Part shown: piece by piece, positions 6,609-15,361 of the stretch
Layout of the letters: each line of letters starts with the position of its first letter
How positions within the stretch are numbered: position 1 is the stretch's first letter
Source: Patescibacteria group bacterium
GTDB lineage: Bacteria > Patescibacteriota > Minisyncoccia > Phycocordibacterales > PALSA-1337
Direction: 5' to 3'
Length of the DNA: 52,919 bases
Assembly: GCA_038064415.1 (NCBI GenBank)
Contig: JBBTTD010000006.1
Coordinates: 1 to 52,919, forward strand
The notes under the pieces: generated by a model
What the model was told of the DNA's origin: nothing
The model's database searches: none
What the model saw: only the letters and a program-made list of their open reading frames with translations
Position numbers and translations under genes: made by a program

Positions 6609-9116
6609 TCATTTCAACTCCCCCCAATTGTTACCAATAGACGCCAAGGCCTTCATAATCACTCCTTTAGTATCTTTTGTGCTCATGACTGATTCCATAA
6701 TTTTTGTAATCTCAACAGCAACTTTTTCAGTTTTATCTTCTCTTATTTCATAGACCAACTCATCATGAACTTGAAGCAGTGGGAAAACATCGTCCTCTAA
6801 TTTCTCGCGACTGATGTACTCGTCAATACGAACCATTGCGAGCTTGATAATATCAGCTCCAGTGCCTTGAATCGGAGAATTTATAGCCATTCGTTCAGCT
6901 GAAGCGCGAATGTATGGAATCTTTGATTTAATTCCTTCAAAATAACGGCGACGCCCAAAGAATGTCTCTGTAAACCCCCGACGGGTCGTTTCTACCTTCA
7001 CTGAATTTAAATATTGCGCCAAAGTGGAAAATGTAGAAAAATAATCGTTATAAAACTTCTGCGCTTCGGCTCGATTGGTTCCGATACTTTGTTGTAACGC
7101 ATTGACTCCCATGCCATAAATAATTCCGAAATTAATAGCTTTGGCGTTGCGGCGCATTTCGGCAGTAACTTTATCTATTGGTACTTTAAACACAAAAGAC
7201 GCCACAGAAGAATGAACATCTTCGCCTTTTTGGAAAATTTCAATCATTTTTTTATCACCAGATATGAACGCGGCGATCCGGAGTTCCACTTGGGAATAAT
7301 CAAAACTACATAATCTGAATCCTTTATCGGCAATAAATGCTCCACGAATAGCACGGCCAAGTTCGGTTTTTATTGGAATGTTTTGTAGATTTGGGTTTTG
7401 TGAAGCCATTCGTCCGGTTGTTGAACCAGAAGAAATCAAATTTGAATGTAATCGATCATTGATATCAAGAAGTGGTGGAATCGCGTCAATATAAGTTGAA
7501 AGTAATTTTGCCAATTCCCGATATTCAAATATCATCGGAACTATCGGGTGCAAGTCACGCAGTTTTTCCAGCTCTGATTCCCTAGTTGAGCGTGCGCCAC
7601 CAGCGGTTTTCTTCATATTCTTGACCGTAAGATTCATTTTATCAAAAAGAATTTCACCAAGTTGCTTTGGTGAATTTATATTAAATTCTACGCCGGCATG
7701 TTTCCAGATTTCCTTTTCCAAACGAGTTAATTCAGTATGGTATGTCTTTGATAGTTTTGAGAGTAATTCCTTATCAATTTTAATTCCATGTTTTTCCATT
7801 TTTTCTATTATTGGAATAAGCGGCAACTCAATGTCTTCATAGACTTTTCTGAGTCCTCTTTTATCAAGTTCAGTAAATATTACTCTTTTTGCTTCTTCAA
7901 ATTTATCTGTATTGGCGAAATTGAGGATATCTTCCAGTGTTGGATTAGTTAAATTTGAATTTACAAGCCATAATGCAAGAGCGGTTTTTTGAGATTCATC
8001 CGCAAGGTCGTCTTTTCTCAACATCGCCTGACTCGGTAAACTTAATAGTTGATTTCGCGACATCTGCGAAGAGAGTTCAGTATCATTGTTCCTTTCGCTA
8101 TTGGACATGGGTATATTATTTCCAACCACTTTCTGCAACCTCTGAACTAAAGTTCTAAATTCCAATTCACTCCAAAGTTGGGAAATTTTTTTAATATCTA
8201 GATTTTCCCTGAAAGTTTTCTCCGGTAAGACGAATGTTATCGGCGCGTCTCTGCGTATTGTCGCCAACATTTTACTGAATTCCGCTTCTTCTTTGTTATC
8301 TTTTAATAATTGGATAATTCTGGGGGTGATCCCAGTTTTTTTGAACTTTTCTTCATTCCCCGCCTCCAATTCTTCATATATTTTTTCAATGGATCCAAAG
8401 TTTGTGATCAAAGTCGTGGCGGTTTTTTCACCGACGCCTTTTATGCCGACAATATTGTCAGACGGATCGCCACGCAATCCCTTATAATCAGCCATAAGCT
8501 CTGGTCCAAAACCAAAACGATCGTAAACTGCTTTTTCATTATAGATAATTGTGTCTTTGATTCCCTTTTTAAAGGTATAGACCTTAACTTCGTCGCCTTG
8601 GACCAGTTGTAATGTGTCCATATCTCCCGAAGCGATGATTATTTCCGTATCTTTTTTTGGTTTTGGTTTTTTGGTTTTTAGTTTGTCTAGGATTTCGGGT
8701 TTAGAATTTTGTATTTTTCCCTTTATCTGTTCCACTATCGTCCCCAACATGTCATCCGCCTCAAATCCTTCCTTGTCATATATTGGGATATTCAAAGCAT
8801 GAAAAATATCTCTAGACCTTATCAATTGTTTGATCAGATCGTCTTCAATTTCTTTTCTTTGAGCTTTATATTCTTTGTAAGCTTTGTGGCGATGGGTTGG
8901 ACCTTTGACATCATAGCAAGCAACCACATAGTCAGGTTTTAAGTCCTCAATAATCTTAATTAACATTGAAGAAAGACCATACAAAGCTCCGGTTGGTTCA
9001 CCTTTGGCGGTAGAAAAATCCGGTAAGGCGTGGTAAGCGCGATGGAGAATAGCGTGTGAATCCAAAAGAATAAGTCTCTTTGGTGTAGTATTTTCTTGTT
9101 TTTTCTTTACCGCCAT
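6609..9116 (-). CDS. polA: DNA polymerase I (5'-3' exonuclease plus polymerase; 3'-5' exonuclease vestigial), with two in-frame insertions
   Basis: LDSHAILHRAYHA, EADD, GDMD, GDPSDNI, TGRMASQNPNLQNIP, DYSQVELR, AKAINFGIIYG, QVHDEL. Start 9116 (MAVKK) preferred over 9131. Confidence 0.95.
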   Translation of the reverse strand: MAVKKKQENTTPKRLILLDSHAILHRAYHALPDFSTAKGEPTGALYGLSSMLIKIIEDLKPDYVVACYDVKGPTHRHKAYKEYKAQRKEIEDDLIKQLIRSRDIFHALNIPIYDKEGFEADDMLGTIVEQIKGKIQNSKPEILDKLKTKKPKPKKDTEIIIASGDMDTLQLVQGDEVKVYTFKKGIKDTIIYNEKAVYDRFGFGPELMADYKGLRGDPSDNIVGIKGVGEKTATTLITNFGSIEKIYEELEAGNEEKFKKTGITPRIIQLLKDNKEEAEFSKMLATIRRDAPITFVLPEKTFRENLDIKKISQLWSELEFRTLVQRLQKVVGNNIPMSNSERNNDTELSSQMSRNQLLSLPSQAMLRKDDLADESQKTALALWLVNSNLTNPTLEDILNFANTDKFEEAKRVIFTELDKRGLRKVYEDIELPLIPIIEKMEKHGIKIDKELLSKLSKTYHTELTRLEKEIWKHAGVEFNINSPKQLGEILFDKMNLTVKNMKKTAGGARSTRESELEKLRDLHPIVPMIFEYRELAKLLSTYIDAIPPLLDINDRLHSNLISSGSTTGRMASQNPNLQNIPIKTELGRAIRGAFIADKGFRLCSFDYSQVELRIAAFISGDKKMIEIFQKGEDVHSSVASFVFKVPIDKVTAEMRRNAKAINFGIIYGMGVNALQQSIGTNRAEAQKFYNDYFSTFSTLAQYLNSVKVETTRRGFTETFFGRRRYFEGIKSKIPYIRASAERMAINSPIQGTGADIIKLAMVRIDEYISREKLEDDVFPLLQVHDELVYEIREDKTEKVAVEITKIMESVMSTKDTKGVIMKALASIGNNWGELK
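8002..8079 (-). repeat. Decayed copy of the CGGAG-core palindromic element, in frame within polA
   Basis: Minus strand TGAACTCTCTTCGCAG-atgtcg-N31-cgatgt-TGAG-AAAAGA-CGACCTTGC matches the cores at 37551-37658 and 39295-39404. Confidence 0.8.
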
Positions 9117-9176
9117 ATAATCATTGTACATTATTTATAAGAAGTTATTCACAACTAAAATAGAAAACGGGCTAAG

Positions 9177-9755
9177 TTATATTTCAGGGTTTAATTGATT
9201 AAAACCAATCACTCGATCGGTTTTTTCACTTGAACTTGTATCTAAAATACTAAAACTTATGTCTTGATGTAAATTTTCTGGTAACAAAACACTTTTAACA
9301 TTTTCCGGCCACTCAATCAAAATTAAATTGTCAGAATCTGAAACCAACTTCTCAAAATTCAGCGCATCCAATTCTTTTCCGCTCTCCAATCGGTAAGCAT
9401 CAATGTGTATCAGTCGTTTCCAGGGTATAACTTTAGCTTGTTCTGACAATTTTTGTTCTGACTTTCTATTAGTATCTGGTAATTGAACATTGGTTGTTGA
9501 ACATTGATCATTTTTCCCAATTTCATAAATCTTCATGATTACAAAAGTTGGACTGGTTATTATTTCAGTGATTCCGAGTAATTTTCCAATTATTTGCGTA
9601 AAAGTGGTTTTACCTGAACCGAGATGTCCAGAAAGTCCAACAACCATGGCTTCATCACGCGCGAATCTACCCTGTGCGTCTCGCACAAGATCACCAAGCC
9701 AATTTTTAGCAATCTTTTCTGTTTCTTCCAGAGAATGAGAAGGGTATTCTTTCAT
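9177..9755 (-). CDS. tsaE: tRNA threonylcarbamoyladenosine biosynthesis ATPase TsaE, with insertions
   Basis: LSGHLGSGKTTF, TSPTFVIM, HIDAYRL, LIEW motifs; start 9755. Confidence 0.92.
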   Translation of the reverse strand: MKEYPSHSLEETEKIAKNWLGDLVRDAQGRFARDEAMVVGLSGHLGSGKTTFTQIIGKLLGITEIITSPTFVIMKIYEIGKNDQCSTTNVQLPDTNRKSEQKLSEQAKVIPWKRLIHIDAYRLESGKELDALNFEKLVSDSDNLILIEWPENVKSVLLPENLHQDISFSILDTSSSEKTDRVIGFNQLNPEI

Positions 9756-9864
9756 CTGAACAATATAACATAACATTCCATGACAAGGCCTACCCTAGCC
9801 ACTAACCAGATTAAAAAGACCGCAACCCCTCAAGGAGGTTGCGATCGTGAATTGGTCCGGTCCA

Positions 9865-10506
9865 TCAGCGTCTGTGGCCAACGAGTGGGCCTTGTTGGTA
9901 GGGATACAGCCCACCTGGCGGAACATGGTTCTGAATGAGTCGCGAGCCATGACCACCACGTCCGCCATCATACTCTCCACCACTATATCTGTGGCCACCA
10001 CCATACAGCATTTGGGTATTACGGTAGTTGTACCGTTCACCGGCCGAATAATTGTAATCCCAATATGTCGGATAGTATCCTCCGTCATATGAATTGACCT
10101 CAATTGAAGCGTAGGCAGAGGCGCCACCCCATCCAATCATTCGTTTGAAAAAGCCACGCTTCTTCTTTTCCACGAAGACCACTTTCACCACTTGTTGCGT
10201 CACAACAATTACTGATGGTTGCGACACTGGTTGGGTCTGTGATTGTTGCCAATTACTGTTCGGGTCGCGGATCGTGCCCGACTCGGGCCCCGAATTCACA
10301 CTGCTTGGGGCAATCTTGATCTGGGTTGTTTGAACCTGATCAGATCCGGAACGAACCAGAGACGGATCAGAAGCGGGAATGACATCCCCACTCTTGGTCC
10401 TAATTGTGATCCCCGAACCATCTCCCGCTGAAGCTGGAGTGGCTGACGCAATCGTAATCATGACCAAAACCAAAACGACACTGAAACCGAAAAATGCATT
10501 TTTCAT
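9865..10506 (-). CDS. Hypothetical secreted protein with Gln/Ser/Pro-rich middle and Gly/Tyr-rich C-terminus
   Basis: Signal-peptide-like MKNAFFGFSVVLVLVMITIASA...A; dedicated promoter at 10559-10588. Start could also be 10539. Confidence 0.6.
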   Translation of the reverse strand: MKNAFFGFSVVLVLVMITIASATPASAGDGSGITIRTKSGDVIPASDPSLVRSGSDQVQTTQIKIAPSSVNSGPESGTIRDPNSNWQQSQTQPVSQPSVIVVTQQVVKVVFVEKKKRGFFKRMIGWGGASAYASIEVNSYDGGYYPTYWDYNYSAGERYNYRNTQMLYGGGHRYSGGEYDGGRGGHGSRLIQNHVPPGGLYPYQQGPLVGHRR

Positions 10507-10558
10507 GTGCAAAACCTTTCTTTTTTGTTCAGGATTCATTCCTAAACATTCTTGTACC

Positions 10559-10588
10559 ATTGTACCACAATCAGTACCATAAAGTCAA
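10559..10588 (-). promoter_or_regulatory. Sigma70 promoter TTGACT-18-(TGg)TACAAT
   Basis: Read directly on the minus strand upstream of the 9865-10506 ORF. Confidence 0.6.
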
Positions 10589-10640
10589 TAGCTATAAAAG
10601 GCCTCAAATTTGAACATTTGGGGTATAATAATAACCAAAT

Positions 10641-12311
10641 ATGATTCAATTTGACGAAGATAAACAAAACCGAAAACTTAACGAACTTCTCCATAAAGAA
10701 GAGGAGGACCTTGTCCAACTACTTTCTGGTAAATATAATCTGGAATATGTAAACCTTTTGATCACCCCAATAAATACCGACGCCCTTAGATTAATTCCAG
10801 AGGATACCGCCAGGTCTACTCAAGTCGCGGCTTATGCTTTGATAAATAAAAAAGTAAAAGTCGCTTCACGAAATCCACAAGATGAAAAAATAAATGGCGT
10901 TTTGGAAGATCTAAAAACAAAAGGATACCAACCGGAAATCCATATCACTTCAACGCAAGGACTTGAAAAGGCTTGGAAAATGTACAAAGATCTTTCATTT
11001 GCATATGAAAGTAAAGCAGGATCTTTAGAAATTTCTAGTGAAGAAATCCAAGCAATAATTGAGCAGGCAAAAAGTCTTCCAACTATTGTCTCTATTTTGG
11101 AAAACACAACTAAAGCCAAGAAAAGTTACCGTGTATCTAGAATTCTAGAAACGATTGTGGCCGGAGCGTTGGCGGTTGACGCTTCAGATATTCATCTTGA
11201 ACCAGAAGAAAGTTATGTCCAGCTTCGTTATCGTTTGGACGGCGTGCTTCAGGAAGTTACTCACTTTGACAACGAAACTTATGGTCTGATTCTATCCCGA
11301 GTCAAGCTCATTTCGGGAATGAAATTAAATATCAAAAAAGACTCACAGGATGGTCGCTTCAGCATCCGCCTTCCTATTGGAGACATTGAAGTGCGTGCCT
11401 CTATTTTGCCTGGGGCCTACAACGAATCAGTAGTCTTGCGTCTTCTCAATCCAAAATCAATTGATGTGCCGTTGGAATCTCTTGGAATTCATGAGAAATT
11501 ACTTAAAATTCTTCTCAAGGAAATAGATCGTCCAGACGGAATGGTCCTGACGACTGGTCCTACTGGTTCTGGAAAAACCACGACTCTCTATTCTTTTTTG
11601 AAAAAAATTCACAACCCAAAAGTGAAGATTGTGACAATTGAGGATCCAATTGAATATCATCTGCCTGGAATAGTCCAGACACAAGTCAACGATAAGGGTT
11701 ATACTTTCGTTGAGGGTTTGCGTGCGGCGGTGCGACAAGATCCTGATATCATTATGATTGGTGAAATTCGTGACAACGAGACGGCTGATATCGCCATCAA
11801 TTCCGCCTTAACTGGTCACTTAGTGTTCTCTACTCTACACACCAATGACGCGGCTGGAACATATCCCCGTTTGATTGATTTGGGAGTTAATCAAAAAGTT
11901 TTAACTTCGGCCATCCGCGTCGCTATGGCGCAAAGGTTAGTCCGCAAGCTTTGCGAGTTTTGTAAGAAAGAAGTCGTGGTTGAGGGAAACTACCGAAAAG
12001 AAATTGAGGATACTGTTGCTGGAATTGAAGACAAGTCACTGGTTCCAACAGAACGAACAAAAATGTGGACGGCTGTTGGTTGTGAGAAATGCAACAAAAC
12101 TGGCTTCAAGGGTCGCATCGGAATTTACGAGGCAATTTTGTCTGATGAAAAAATTGAAAACGCCGTGGAAATTAACCCAAGTGAGCGTGAAATATGGGCG
12201 GCCGCCAAGGGTCAAGGTATTTTGACCATGAAACAAGATGGGGTCTTGAAAGTTTTGAAAGGGATCACTTCGGTTGAAGAGTTGGAGAGAGTTATTACGA
12301 TTAGTGATTAG
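10641..12311 (+). CDS. pilB: GspE/PilB family type IV pilus assembly ATPase
   Basis: ASDIHLEP, GPTGSGKTTT, TIEDPIE, RQDPD, TGHLVFSTLH, CEFC/CEKC Zn motif, GRIGIYE. Confidence 0.9.
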   Translation: MIQFDEDKQNRKLNELLHKEEEDLVQLLSGKYNLEYVNLLITPINTDALRLIPEDTARSTQVAAYALINKKVKVASRNPQDEKINGVLEDLKTKGYQPEIHITSTQGLEKAWKMYKDLSFAYESKAGSLEISSEEIQAIIEQAKSLPTIVSILENTTKAKKSYRVSRILETIVAGALAVDASDIHLEPEESYVQLRYRLDGVLQEVTHFDNETYGLILSRVKLISGMKLNIKKDSQDGRFSIRLPIGDIEVRASILPGAYNESVVLRLLNPKSIDVPLESLGIHEKLLKILLKEIDRPDGMVLTTGPTGSGKTTTLYSFLKKIHNPKVKIVTIEDPIEYHLPGIVQTQVNDKGYTFVEGLRAAVRQDPDIIMIGEIRDNETADIAINSALTGHLVFSTLHTNDAAGTYPRLIDLGVNQKVLTSAIRVAMAQRLVRKLCEFCKKEVVVEGNYRKEIEDTVAGIEDKSLVPTERTKMWTAVGCEKCNKTGFKGRIGIYEAILSDEKIENAVEINPSEREIWAAAKGQGILTMKQDGVLKVLKGITSVEELERVITISD

Positions 12312-12356
12312 ATAAATAAATTATTGATATAACCATAAATATATTTAAATATTATC

Positions 12357-12680
12357 ATGCAAAATCCCCAAAACCTTAGCCAGTCAATCCAACACATACA
12401 ACAAGAAATCCAAAAGGAGTTGGGTGAACTTCGCGCTTTAGAAGAACAAATCAGAGCCAAGGAACAAGAAAAGATGCAACTCAAACAAGAATTGCCGACA
12501 TTACAAAAAAAGATTGAGGTTGATAAGCATAAGCTTTTTGATGATGAGAGGGACCTTCCAATATTAAAATCAAAGCTTGCAAAATTACAATTAGAAAAGC
12601 TCCAAAAACAAAATGAATTGGGCGCCGTCCAAAAATCTTTTCAGGAGGGCCTTAGAAAATCAACGCTTGGACGCAAATAA
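12357..12680 (+). CDS. Hypothetical coiled-coil protein
   Basis: Q/E/K/L-rich heptad-like sequence, ATG start, co-oriented with pilB. Confidence 0.6.
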   Translation: MQNPQNLSQSIQHIQQEIQKELGELRALEEQIRAKEQEKMQLKQELPTLQKKIEVDKHKLFDDERDLPILKSKLAKLQLEKLQKQNELGAVQKSFQEGLRKSTLGRK

Positions 12681-12768
12681 AGGGAGGGTTGGGACTTTAT
12701 ATACTAAAAACTATTTTGTCACACGTTGTCAATTGCTTTTTTTCTGGGGATAGCGCTAGGATGTCCAG

Positions 12769-12985
12769 TAGAAGAAAGCTTGAATAATTTTCAAGCGCGA
12801 GAATCTCTAAGCAATATCTTGTTGCGTGATGCATCAAGCGAGGTAGAGTCCCGAGGATAATTTCAGTACGCAAAACCGAAGTATTGCAACCAAAATGTCC
12901 TTAGCACTATACCCAAACCTGGGAAGGCCATTGCTTAGAGGTTCGCGAACTTGAATAACTAAAAATACGAATCGTCCGATTCGCA
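12769..12985 (+). ncRNA. Candidate structured RNA (rod-like, 6S-sized) or long structured leader upstream of ruvB
   Basis: Promoter-like TTGCTT-18-TAGGAT (12733-12762); 11-bp perfect stem 12805-12815/12930-12940 with extensions; inner stem; 3' bubble hairpin. Confidence 0.4.
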
Positions 12986-13057
12986 TTCATGTTATTGTGT
13001 TGGTACACTATACTACACTTATTAGATTCAATTGAATCCTAGCATAACCTTATAAAA

Positions 13058-14077
13058 ATGTCAATACCGTCTAAACAACCATCAGTTGACGAAAAGGAAG
13101 TTGGTTTTCTTGACCAAACTCTCCGTCCTGTTCGCTGGGATGAGTATATTGGCCAAAAAAACATCAAAGATAACCTGCATATCCTCCTAACTGCCGCCCA
13201 AGAGCGCAAACATCCACCAGAACACATTCTTTTCTATGGACCACCAGGACTTGGTAAAACAACCCTTGCTCACCTCATAGCGAAAGAAACTGGGGCACAG
13301 ATGAAGGTAACTTCTGGACCAGCGATTCTAAAAGTTGGCGACCTTGCTTCAGTTGTTACAAATCTGTCGGCTGGCGACATTCTATTTATTGATGAAATTC
13401 ATAGATTAAACAAAGCAATTGAGGAAGTTTTGTATCCAGCAATGGAATCAGGGACCTTGGATATTATTATAGGAAAAGGTCCTTCCGCAAGAACTATACA
13501 ATTAGACCTTCCCCCATTCACACTGATCGCGGCCACAACCAGAATAGCTATGATTTCCTCTCCATTGAGATCGCGCTTCTCTGGGGGTGTATTTAAGCTT
13601 GAGTTTTATTCTGATAAAGAAATTGCTGAGATTATCAAGCGGTCGGCGAAGATTTTGGATATAGAAATTCATCCTGACGCAGTGTATGAAATCGCAATCC
13701 GTTCACGATTTACTCCGCGCACGGCCAATTACCATTTAAAGCGCTGTAGAGATTACGCGCAAATCAATAAAACTGTTTTAACAAAAGATGTGGTTGGAAA
13801 GGCGTTGGCAATGTTGGGTGTTGATATTCTGGGACTAACAAGCGCAGATAGAGAAATTCTGAAAGTGTTAATAACCAAATTTGGTGGTGGCCCAACTGGA
13901 TTGAATACTATTGCGGCGGCGTTATCTGAAGAACAAGCAACAATTGAGGAAGTCTATGAACCGTATTTAATTCAGTTGGGATTGTTGGAAAGAACTTCAA
14001 GAGGAAGAATTGCTACAAACAAAGCTTATTCTCATTTAGGTGAAGGTCTGTCGAAGTCTACCCTAGACAGAAAATAA
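13058..14077 (+). CDS. ruvB: Holliday junction branch migration helicase RuvB
   Basis: LRP..WDEYIGQ, GPPGLGKTTLA, FIDEIHR, LYPAME, ATTR, EPYL...G...RT.RGR. Confidence 0.97.
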   Translation: MSIPSKQPSVDEKEVGFLDQTLRPVRWDEYIGQKNIKDNLHILLTAAQERKHPPEHILFYGPPGLGKTTLAHLIAKETGAQMKVTSGPAILKVGDLASVVTNLSAGDILFIDEIHRLNKAIEEVLYPAMESGTLDIIIGKGPSARTIQLDLPPFTLIAATTRIAMISSPLRSRFSGGVFKLEFYSDKEIAEIIKRSAKILDIEIHPDAVYEIAIRSRFTPRTANYHLKRCRDYAQINKTVLTKDVVGKALAMLGVDILGLTSADREILKVLITKFGGGPTGLNTIAAALSEEQATIEEVYEPYLIQLGLLERTSRGRIATNKAYSHLGEGLSKSTLDRK

Positions 14078-14085
14078 ACAATCCG

Positions 14086-14616
14086 ATGTCTGGCCATAAC
14101 AAATATTCAAAAATAAAACATATTAAAGCTAAAAATGACGCTCAAAAAAGCAAGTCGTTTGGAAAATACGTGCGATTAATTACCGTTGAAGCTAAAAAAG
14201 CCAAGGGTAATCTAGCATCGCCAGGATTAGTGGCGGCAATAGAAAAAGCACGTAAGGAAAACATGCCCAACGACACTATTGATCGTGCGGTGAAAAAGGC
14301 AATGACTGACAATAGCGCTACCATGGAATTGATAATGTATGAAACATATGGTCCTGGTGGGGTCGCCATCTTAATTGAGGCCCTTACAGATAATAGAAAC
14401 AAGGCAGCTCAAGAAATTAAACATATTCTTTCTCTTCATGGTTTTGAACTCGCCTCCCCGGGCAGTGCGTCGTGGGCCTTCAAAAAAGACCACGCCACAT
14501 GGAACGCAACAACCACCGTGCCACTTGAGGATACTGATATAGAATTGCTGTCTAAATTAGTTAGTGAGTTGGAGGAAAACGATGAGGTGCAAGAGGTCTT
14601 TACTAATGCGGAATAA
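14086..14616 (+). CDS. yebC: YebC/PmpR family protein (short, 176 aa)
   Basis: MSGHNKYSKIKH, YETYGPGGVA, TDNRN, LEENDEVQEVFTN. Confidence 0.9.
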   Translation: MSGHNKYSKIKHIKAKNDAQKSKSFGKYVRLITVEAKKAKGNLASPGLVAAIEKARKENMPNDTIDRAVKKAMTDNSATMELIMYETYGPGGVAILIEALTDNRNKAAQEIKHILSLHGFELASPGSASWAFKKDHATWNATTTVPLEDTDIELLSKLVSELEENDEVQEVFTNAE

Positions 14617-14623
14617 TTAATAT

Positions 14624-15097
14624 ATGAAAATTCTCGGCATTGACCCGGGCTACGATCGGCTTGGAGTCGCTGTAATAGAAAAGCTAGAAAAAGGCAAAGA
14701 AAAACTGCTTTATTCTGGGTGTTTACAAACTTCCGCGAAAGAAAATATTTACAAGCGATTTGAAAAAGTTGGATTGGAAATTTCAAAGGTAATAGAAAAA
14801 TACAAACCAGGCGCCCTAGCAATAGAAACGCTTTTTATGACAAAAAACCAAAAAACTGCCATGCGCGTATCGGAAGCTAGAGGAATTATTATCTATGAGG
14901 CTATCAAATCTAAAATTCCTGTATTTGAATACAGCCCGATGCAAATTAAAACCGCCATAACTGGCGATGGAAATAGCGATAAAATTAGAATAATAAAAAT
15001 GGTTAAAATATTAGTTGATATTCCAAAAAAAATATCAAAAGACGATGAATATGACGCGATAGCGGTGGCTTTAACTCATGGTGCTTATATACGGTAG
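14624..15097 (+). CDS. ruvC: Crossover junction endodeoxyribonuclease RuvC
   Basis: ILGIDPG, AIETLF, EARG, Y.P.QIK.AITG.G, DD..DA.A.A. Confidence 0.95.
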   Translation: MKILGIDPGYDRLGVAVIEKLEKGKEKLLYSGCLQTSAKENIYKRFEKVGLEISKVIEKYKPGALAIETLFMTKNQKTAMRVSEARGIIIYEAIKSKIPVFEYSPMQIKTAITGDGNSDKIRIIKMVKILVDIPKKISKDDEYDAIAVALTHGAYIR

Positions 15098-15167
15098 TTT
15101 TTTGGTCCTATTGCAATGTTTCAAAAAAGTGTCGTTTGTGATGGGAATAGTTATGGAATTATCGGAG

Positions 15168-15298
15168 CATATCCCCGCACTACATAATACTTCTTTGAAG
15201 CATTGCCGGAGGCCTAAACAGATATTCATCATTCTTTAGCCATTGATTTTAGACAACAGGCGTCGCTTCAAAGAAGTATTATGTAGTGCGGGGATATG
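15168..15298 (+). repeat. Palindromic element A: perfect 34-bp inverted arms around a CGGAG...CGT core
   Basis: 15168-15201 is the exact reverse complement of 15265-15298; CGGAG at 15207, CGT at 15261. Confidence 0.9.
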
Positions 15299-15305
15299 TG
15301 TTGAA

Positions 15306-15314
15306 TTATCCACA
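15306..15314 (+). promoter_or_regulatory. Perfect DnaA box TTATCCACA
   Basis: Exact 9/9 consensus match; a single site may be chance. Confidence 0.5.
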
Positions 15315-15361
15315 GCCCCTATTTGTTGCCAAAATAAGTTATCTTTGTTAAAACATTGTGT

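Noticed and set aside
12847-12870. AGTCCCGAGGATAATTTCAGTAC resembling a stretch of E. coli 6S RNA
   Set aside because: It falls in the apical region rather than the 5' bubble position, so I did not use it as evidence for 6S identity.
15181-15292. TATTATGTA in element A as half of a dif site
   Set aside because: There is no XerC arm or correct 28-bp layout, and the locus is origin-proximal.
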